Below, in pieces: positions 7,901 to 13,641 of a DNA stretch of 13,641 nt; positions within the stretch are counted from its first letter, which is position 1, and every line of letters begins with the position of its first letter. The stretch spans positions 1-13,641 of the forward strand of contig JBEKTQ010000037.1 of the NCBI GenBank assembly GCA_049515895.1. The letters are read 5' to 3'. The notes under the pieces were generated by a model. The model was not told where the DNA came from, did no database searches, and was given only the letters and a program-made list of their open reading frames with translations. This DNA is from Candidatus Bathyarchaeia archaeon (GTDB taxonomy: Archaea; Thermoproteota; Bathyarchaeia; Bathyarchaeales; Bathycorpusculaceae). A program made the position numbers and the translations under genes.

Positions 7901-7943
7901 CGGCGCAGTACTTGCAATCCTCGTCACAAGAAAACGTCCATAA
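4932..7943 (+). CDS. Secreted, C-terminally anchored PQQ-binding-like beta-propeller repeat protein (1003 aa)
   Basis: Signal peptide MKSKIMAILIAAILTFAMTASMVLIPSVNA. Blade motifs AVNLRTGQQLW, GYSLNTGQLLW, CFNDVTGKLLF and AINATTGQEIW. Ig-like N- and C-terminal regions, a T/A/P stalk, a TM helix plus RKRP, about a dozen N-X-S/T sequons, and an AAGGAG RBS. Confidence 0.9.
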   Translation: MKSKIMAILIAAILTFAMTASMVLIPSVNAHTPSWNIPTQAYIVAEPNPIGVGQTIQVYMWLTEVYGAPGGTSAAVGTNGYTASSALLANNYRFLNYKLTITAPSGIQTTTTFPIVVDTTSNQESSFTPTAVGTYNFTFTYPGQVYGANGNGYSQSPVVGDTYLPSSASTTLTVQSAPIPAAIGSEPLPTSYWQEPIYGENSNWWSITSNWLGSGSGPPQGYGGSANAALYHSDAVGPLTSHLMWTMPFEFGGVVGGNMFSAGGSNPSGAVQGASYFEGSAYQPRFSNPIIMDGVLFYTQPASFTGPSSGPTVAVNLRTGQQLWSKSNIPPLSFGYIYSVWDPDQHGVYPPILVAINAFAGTWQLYDAYTGVSLFNVTGVPASTSFAVPIATSPPSVVAFPNTVVSTNILGPSGEELKYVISNVGTAANPNWYLSEWNMSKLWQYDINPYTGGGSTSPDPVNASNGVLLPTIPIPAIGESGYLPTGLTTYVPPGSSITVNANIPLNSNAFAPGTTIPIKNINYGSLTTYDWNISIPWLNTMPPPPASVSAVTGQIVQPPAGSNPVSILAVKFGDVMLCRNGSLPVGFGATKAGYPQLPYTYFAVNLNASVGSIGSVLWMKTYGSTADNTTLLQSAVDFQTREFTLYDLETIQFQGYSLNTGQLLWTTPSGAAFNYYYDPGQPPPGVIAYGNLYSDGFGGILYCFNDVTGKLLFTYGNGGSGNSTYAGLNTPYGVYPTQIQSIANGVVYLATDEHTITDPLYKGAVATAINATTGQEIWQLSEYPSEWTSSAAPQWATADGFITCMNGYIDQIYSIGRGPSATTVTAPDVGVTTSTPVTITGTVMDISAGTTQSQQAADFPHGVPCASDASMKDWMGYVYQQQAEPTNFTGVTVQLAVLDSNGNHYPIGTATTDASGTYSLTWAPSIIGNFTVYANFPGTNGYWPSSAETHLNAGSPTATAAPTATPLTGLASNNTLMYGIVAIIVVIIIIGAVLAILVTRKRP

Positions 7944-7962
7944 ACCGAAAAATCCCTAACAC

Positions 7963-7984
7963 AAACCCTTCCCCCTTTTTTAGT
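7963..7984 (+). terminator. Oligo-C/oligo-T terminator of beta-propeller paralog 2
   Basis: AAACCCTTCCCCCTTTTTTAGT lies about 20 nt after the stop and matches 1136-1159. Confidence 0.6.
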
Positions 7985-8013
7985 CCCAAAAAGCAATGAG
8001 CAGAGCCGAAAAA

Positions 8014-8135
8014 AGAAATGGCTGAGAATGCTCTAGTTAATATCACGGAATTGTTGCAAGAAGCGAATGCAGATTTTTTCTTTTTTCTCCAACAAAGAAA
8101 TTCTTCCTAAATTTTCCAAAGCCTCAGCAAACCCT
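8014..8135. repeat. Repeat B copy 2
   Basis: Homologous to 2251-2382. It begins with AGAAATG, which is also found at the start codon of the upstream gene (4928-4934). Confidence 0.85.
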
Positions 8136-8400
8136 AAACGCCTTGGATTTCACTAAGTTTTTTTATTCTTTGAAAAAATAGTTTAATCTGGTTAGTTAGT
8201 GACTTAATTGGTTAATTAGATTGGGAGAGGTGTACTATCAACAATTTGCCACTAAAAGTAATTTCCGGGCATACAGGCGTGAACCGGACTATACTTATCC
8301 CGAAATGAGTATGATCTAACACTTAAGCTTGAAATATTTTATTTTTTCTAACTTAAACTGAAACTTGGCAAGTTCTCCGAGTGTGATCTGAAGAAATCAT

Positions 8401-10287
8401 CTATTTTGACTTGTCAAGGAAGTGGGTCTCTTCAACGGAGGCAATTTTTCTGATAATTTCTCTTTCCCTGATTGTACCTACCAGTTTTCCGTGATCGTCC
8501 ACAATTGCAAGTATAGGCATGCAAGTTTGTCCAAAAACTTCTACAAGACTCAAAGCTAACGTGTCACCCTTTACGGTTACAACCTCGTTTGAAGCATAAT
8601 CTTTCGCTGTGCAGTTGTTTATTTCCTCCTCACTCAAAGCTACAATTTGGCGGAACAGTATTGTCCCCACTGGTTTATCGCCTTTGGTCACAACTATAGC
8701 GGCAAGAGAATCCAGATCAAGACACTTTTTCAATACATCCCTCAGCAAGTCATCCATCCTAACTGCAACGTCTGGCAGTTCACCGCTGATTTCAAGTGCA
8801 GTCAAGCTGCTTATCCTTTGCCAGTCAGCGCTTGCAGGATTTTTGCCTTTTACTTTTGTAGCTGGAATCTGGAATGCGATTTCTTTGACGTCTGAAAGAA
8901 GGTAACCCACAACTATCCATGTAAGGAAGAGAGCGACATAAAGCAGCGAAGCTGACAGCATCGAGAGTACCAGCACAAGTGCAGTTATTATAACGGCGGA
9001 AAAAGCAAGGGCAATTTCTCCAAATGGATAAATTATCCTTCGCAGCGAGCTAAAACCTCCAAACAACTTTTTCCTCGTTCTGCGTAGGCTGACTCTTAAC
9101 AGTGAAAAATTGGCTGCTAGATGAATGAACATTTCGCCAAAGATCGACGTGGTTCCAAGAGCGATGAAAACAAGAGAAGGTTGGAAGGGTATCAGTAACA
9201 ACGTTGAAATTAGCAAAGCTGCAATCCCAGCGGATAAATTTGCCACGATCGGCTGTCCACGGTGTTGTGTAGAAAAGAAGCTTGGTAGAGCTTGATCTAA
9301 ACTCATTTTGAATATCGTGCGTGAAGCCGCTGCGGAAAGAGATAGTACGGCTAGTACCCCATCGTTTATTGCGGCTACTGCGAGGATCACGATAAAATAT
9401 TTTCCAAAACTGCCAAAGTAAGTGTTTACCAAATTTATTACAACAAGGCCGTTTCCAGTTGAAGCACTGAAAATGTTGACGCCATTTGACACGAGCAGAT
9501 TTGTAAGCCCGTAAATGAAAACAGCGGCGAGAGAACCGCCGATGAGTATTACAATTATCATTGTCTTCCCTACGACTTTTTCGGCGCCGATGATTTCTCC
9601 AGAGATTGGAGCAATTGCGCTGTATCCTAAGGGTATACCCATTACAAAGACGATGGCAAGAGCAAGTCGTCCGGCAGATATGTTGGTGGCTCCGGGATAA
9701 GATATCGGCGAATAGAATGTGGCGTGAGAGAAGTAAATGGAGAATAGAAAGAACGCTATCAACACAGCGATCTCAATTAATCCTGCAAAAACAGCATATT
9801 TTGCGGTGGGTTTTATTCCAAGGATTAGGAAGACAAACGCCGGAATCGTTATTGCAAAGGCAATAAGCACTGGCGATATTCCGAATACGTAGTTAACGAT
9901 ATAGGCCGTTCCTACAACGTACGCTGATCCGAAAAGGATTGAAAAGTATAGATACGTCCATCCGGTTTGGAATCCGAAACGTTCTGACAAAATATTCATG
10001 GCGTAGGTGTAGTATCCGCCAAAAGAGGTGAAGCGCTTCGAAAGTCGATTAACCACCAACCCATTTACAAGGACAACACCAGTTCCTATCAGAATAATTA
10101 CTGGGGCGAAATATCCGCCTAAACTCATTGCCACTGCGCCGTAGGTCAACAAGCTGAGAAGCGGCGATTGTCCTCCAAACGAGAGAAAGAAAACATCCCT
10201 GAACGAAAGATGCCGTTTTACATCTTTACTCTGCTGGGTGTCTACTGTTTTCAAATCCGTAGATGATTCGTGCGGCAATTTAGACAC
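8401..10287 (-). CDS. APC-superfamily amino acid permease with C-terminal tandem CBS domains
   Basis: About 12 TM segments, with LSFRDVFFLSFGGQSP, GGYYTYAMNILSERFGFQTGW and SRTIFKMSLDQALP. CBS repeats are AAIVVTKGDKPVGTI and LAIVDDHGKLVGTI. The start may be TTG 10278, which sits 8 nt after GAGGAG. Confidence 0.88.
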   Translation of the reverse strand: MSKLPHESSTDLKTVDTQQSKDVKRHLSFRDVFFLSFGGQSPLLSLLTYGAVAMSLGGYFAPVIILIGTGVVLVNGLVVNRLSKRFTSFGGYYTYAMNILSERFGFQTGWTYLYFSILFGSAYVVGTAYIVNYVFGISPVLIAFAITIPAFVFLILGIKPTAKYAVFAGLIEIAVLIAFFLFSIYFSHATFYSPISYPGATNISAGRLALAIVFVMGIPLGYSAIAPISGEIIGAEKVVGKTMIIVILIGGSLAAVFIYGLTNLLVSNGVNIFSASTGNGLVVINLVNTYFGSFGKYFIVILAVAAINDGVLAVLSLSAAASRTIFKMSLDQALPSFFSTQHRGQPIVANLSAGIAALLISTLLLIPFQPSLVFIALGTTSIFGEMFIHLAANFSLLRVSLRRTRKKLFGGFSSLRRIIYPFGEIALAFSAVIITALVLVLSMLSASLLYVALFLTWIVVGYLLSDVKEIAFQIPATKVKGKNPASADWQRISSLTALEISGELPDVAVRMDDLLRDVLKKCLDLDSLAAIVVTKGDKPVGTILFRQIVALSEEEINNCTAKDYASNEVVTVKGDTLALSLVEVFGQTCMPILAIVDDHGKLVGTIREREIIRKIASVEETHFLDKSK

Positions 10288-10659
10288 TCCTCGTCGAAAA
10301 ACGTTCTACCGGATTCTGGAAAAAGGGATTAACAACCAAGCGGTTGTACCGTCCTAATGTTTTTCCCACCGAATTTTTTGTCAACCCTCAAATCTTTTCA
10401 ATTATCCCGCCTTAAGTTGTGCCGAAAAACGGGGCTTGTTTCGACAATATTTTCTTCGTTCAAGGTGTTTGTTTAAAAGTTAAGGTTTACCCCCTAAAAA
10501 GGCTTTAAAAATAATCGTTAGGCGGAACTATCAATTAAAGATCTGGAGCACATTGTCTACCCGCAAAAACTATTTACCGCTCTTTTCACCTTAATCAAAA
10601 AAGCGCGTTGATAAGCTCTTTGAGAAATGGGATTCTTTGAAAAAAATATTATTCTGGGT

Positions 10660-10682
10660 CGGTAACTGCAAGCTAGTTACCG
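10660..10682. promoter_or_regulatory. 23-bp perfect palindrome CGGTAACT-N7-AGTTACCG (operator or terminator hairpin)
   Basis: 8-bp perfect arms, 36 nt past the stop of the B12-binding gene and upstream of the APC gene on the minus strand. Confidence 0.45.
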
Positions 10683-10718
10683 CGTGCGGCAAAAATGAGT
10701 TACTCAAACAATAAATTT

Positions 10719-11156
10719 TCAAGTTTTGCTCCGCTTTTGCTCAATTGCTATCTTTGCTAAGACTACGGCGTCTTCCCTTGTTTTGCCAAACAGTGCGCCG
10801 ATTTTGTCTGCGTCTTCTTTAGTAACCGCTGCGCCGCCTATGATTACAGTTTTGTCCTTTAGTCCTTCAAGTTCTAAAGCTGAAATTAGTTTTGGAAGAT
10901 TCTCCTTAGCAGCTGTGAGCAAAACAGACACTACAATGATGTCGGCATTTACCTCTTTAGCTTTTGAAGCAAAAGTTGCGGGAGAGACCCCTTTCCCAAC
11001 ATCAACTGTTTTGAACTGCGCGAGTTTGAGTGATCTTCTAACCATGTCTTTAGCAGTGTCCATTACTTCTGGGTAAAGAGTGCCTATCACAACGGTTCCA
11101 ATTGGATTGGCCGGTTCCGGCGGTTCTTTCTCTCTCATAGCTTTCAGCCAAGACAT
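10719..11156 (-). CDS. Stand-alone cobalamin (B12)-binding-fold protein with an atypical ligand motif
   Basis: GTVVIGTL..., VDVGKGVSP, ADIIVVSVLLT and VIIGGAAVT match the B12-binding Rossmann domain of corrinoid proteins. An AGGAG RBS lies upstream. Confidence 0.85.
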   Translation of the reverse strand: MSWLKAMREKEPPEPANPIGTVVIGTLYPEVMDTAKDMVRRSLKLAQFKTVDVGKGVSPATFASKAKEVNADIIVVSVLLTAAKENLPKLISALELEGLKDKTVIIGGAAVTKEDADKIGALFGKTREDAVVLAKIAIEQKRSKT

Positions 11157-11274
11157 TTCAAAACAAACTCCTAGTTCCTTTCTAAATTGATAATCTGAGA
11201 TCCTTTTAATGTTACTGTTAATTTATGAAGCTGGCACAAGAATAAAAGTTGATGAAAGCCTGTTTTTTTATGGC

Positions 11275-12939
11275 TCATGCAACAACACCATTGACATAAT
11301 CGAGAATTGCTTTTAGGTCCTCGTCCGGGGTTTTCAGAGGCTTTATTTTTAACCTTTCTAGTATTTTTGGGGTCATGAATGCGGGGAGACTGGGTCCTAA
11401 GCGAATGTTTACGCCTAAATAGAAAAGAGACAGCAGAATGGCCACAGCCTTTTGCTCATACCAAGAAAGTATAAAGAACAATGGTAATTCACTCATCCGA
11501 ACCTTGAATATTTCTTCAAAAGCTTGGGCTACTTTAACAGCTGAGTAGGCATCGTTGCATTGTCCAATATCTAGCAATCTAGGGATGCCATCGACCTGGC
11601 CTATGTCCTTATCGAAAAACCGGAATTTTCCGCAGGCCAAAGTCAGTACGAGGGAGTCATTAGGGGTCTTCTCAACGAATTCGGTGTAGTAATTGCGTCC
11701 TGGTTTGGCACCGTCGCAGCCAGCTACGAGGAAGAAAGAGTTGATGTGCCCTTTCATTACTGATTCAGTTATGTTTTCCACCATTGAAAGAAAAGATTTT
11801 CTGGCAAAACCTACGGTAACTGTTTTTTCCTCCTTGTCTTGTGTGAACCCTGGCATTTCTAATGCTTTTTCAATGACAGGCGAAAAGTCGCAGAATAATT
11901 TGTTCGAACATTCTAAGTGAGTTACCCCTGGCCAGCCTACTGGACCAGAAGTGAATAGATTTCCTTTGTAGTTTTCTGTGGGCTTTTGAAGGCAGTTGGT
12001 GGTCATCAGAATCGCACCTGGAAAATTCGCGAATTCTTTTTGTTGATTTTGCCATGCGGTCCCATAGTGGCCGAAAAAGTGAGAATACTTCTTTAACTTG
12101 GGATAAGCATGTGCTGGGAGCATCTCTCCGTGGGAGTAAACATAGATACCTTTGCCCTGGCTTTGCTTTAGAATTTCGTCTAAATCTTTTAGATCGTGAC
12201 CTGACACCAGAATTGCCTTGCCTTTCCTATGGCCTAGCGGAACTTGCGTAGGAACTGGATGACCGTATGCTTGTGTGTTTCCAGCGTCCAAGAGTTCCAT
12301 GGCTCTTATGTTGATTTCTCCACATTTCAAAGTGAGGTCAAAAAAGTCATTAACGCCTAGTGACTCGTCCAGGGTTGCTGCGAGGCCTTGCTGAATGAAC
12401 TCGAAGACTTTGTCATCCTTTTTTCCAAGGCGATAAGCATGATAAGTGTAAGCTGCTACTCCTTTTATTCCATAAATGAGGAGCCAGTGAAGCCCATGCA
12501 AGTCGGGGTCGCTTGAGGGATCAGCGTTAATTCCGACCTCTTTTCCTTGTCTAATCAGGCCTTCTTCCGTCTTTTCGAGCAGCATATCAACTGGACCATG
12601 GAATCCGACATATCCTCCGGCTGATTGCACTTTTTCACGTAGGACGCCACGAAGCCTCACTGATTTGTTAATGTATTCGATAAGTGTTTTTGCGTCAAAG
12701 TTCACATTAGTTAATGTGGCGAAAGCTGACTCGCAAATGAACAGGTTTAACTGCTCATCCTTGACGTCCACTTTTTGTCCTTCTAACGCTAACTGCGATA
12801 ATCCTCTCAGCATGTAGATCAATAAATCCTGAAGCGCACTCACCTCAGGATTTTTTCCGCAAACACCGAAAGTTGTGCAGCCTTCCCCTTCAGCAGTTTG
12901 CTCACATTGATAACAAAACATTTGATTTTTGTTCACCAT
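11275..12939 (-). CDS. hcp: Hybrid cluster protein / hydroxylamine reductase (class I size)
   Basis: MFCYQCEQTAEGEGCTTFGVC gives the C-x2-C-x8-C-x5-C pattern. The hybrid-cluster ligand motifs SGHDL, HGEMLP, TTNC, GCDG, LACG, GQCND and SWYEQK are all present. The start is more likely ATG 12939 or 12921 than TTG 12957. Confidence 0.97.
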   Translation of the reverse strand: MVNKNQMFCYQCEQTAEGEGCTTFGVCGKNPEVSALQDLLIYMLRGLSQLALEGQKVDVKDEQLNLFICESAFATLTNVNFDAKTLIEYINKSVRLRGVLREKVQSAGGYVGFHGPVDMLLEKTEEGLIRQGKEVGINADPSSDPDLHGLHWLLIYGIKGVAAYTYHAYRLGKKDDKVFEFIQQGLAATLDESLGVNDFFDLTLKCGEINIRAMELLDAGNTQAYGHPVPTQVPLGHRKGKAILVSGHDLKDLDEILKQSQGKGIYVYSHGEMLPAHAYPKLKKYSHFFGHYGTAWQNQQKEFANFPGAILMTTNCLQKPTENYKGNLFTSGPVGWPGVTHLECSNKLFCDFSPVIEKALEMPGFTQDKEEKTVTVGFARKSFLSMVENITESVMKGHINSFFLVAGCDGAKPGRNYYTEFVEKTPNDSLVLTLACGKFRFFDKDIGQVDGIPRLLDIGQCNDAYSAVKVAQAFEEIFKVRMSELPLFFILSWYEQKAVAILLSLFYLGVNIRLGPSLPAFMTPKILERLKIKPLKTPDEDLKAILDYVNGVVA

Positions 12940-13120
12940 ATTACATCTATTATTCAATTAATTACCCAACATAAATATCCCTTGTCCTTTATTAGTAAGG
13001 GTTCCAAAGCTTTGAAACTGGGTATTCTTGGTAGAATTAAGCGTTAGTCTGAGAATAGTTTTCAATTTGCCGGTTTCCACTTTCCAATAGTAAAGACCTC
13101 AGATTATATTGGAAAAATGA

Positions 13121-13141
13121 GCAAATGTGATTGACATTTGC
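13121..13141. promoter_or_regulatory. Palindrome GCAAATGT-N5-ACATTTGC in the divergent hcp/katG intergenic region
   Basis: Perfect 8-bp arms roughly midway between the two start codons. Confidence 0.45.
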
Positions 13142-13296
13142 AATTTGATGAACCTCCAAATTCTGTGGAGACGTCACCTGTAAATCCTCCATTTTTTAGG
13201 GGTGAATTATTTTTGATTCAATTCTGAATCTAAGTTTGTTTAATAATAATCTTCGATTTCTTTTGTCAAATCGCGTATTTTGACCAAGTTAAGTAG

Positions 13297-13641
<345 letters not shown>

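Noticed and set aside
180-12251. Many short overlapping or antisense ORFs in the track (for example 421-729, 3409-3726, 3577-3846, 7272-7613, 8609-8905, 10726-11076)
   Set aside because: They overlap well-supported longer genes and have no recognisable motifs.
13123-13139. AAATGTGA half-site suggesting a CRP/FNR/HcpR box
   Set aside because: The half-site spacing is 5 nt shorter than the TGTGA-N6-TCACA geometry, so it is reported only as an unassigned palindrome.

Overview
Archaeal window with Shine-Dalgarno-like AGGAG sites, TTG/GTG starts, TATA-like boxes and oligo-T terminators. The gene content suggests Bathyarchaeia, which is an inference. In order it holds: the 3' part of a membrane-anchored PQQ-like beta-propeller surface protein; a TrmB-family regulator; a hypothetical protein with an internal duplication; a decayed N-terminal fragment of an AAA_16/STAND-type ATPase gene not recognisable in the ORF track; an MFS transporter; a complete 1003-aa paralogous beta-propeller surface protein; an APC permease fused to a CBS pair; a stand-alone B12-binding-fold protein with Met in place of the Co-ligand His; hcp; and the start of a GC-richer katG missed by the ORF track. 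The most striking structure is non-coding. The stretch 2140-2382 beside trmB is a paralogous 'empty' version of the 1003-aa gene locus: the 5' flank (23-bp palindromic operator, promoter, RBS, ATG) is joined directly to the 3' flank. In the filled locus the 3.09-kb gene block is bounded by a GAAAAA(C)AGAAATG direct repeat. All alignments and counts were done by eye.
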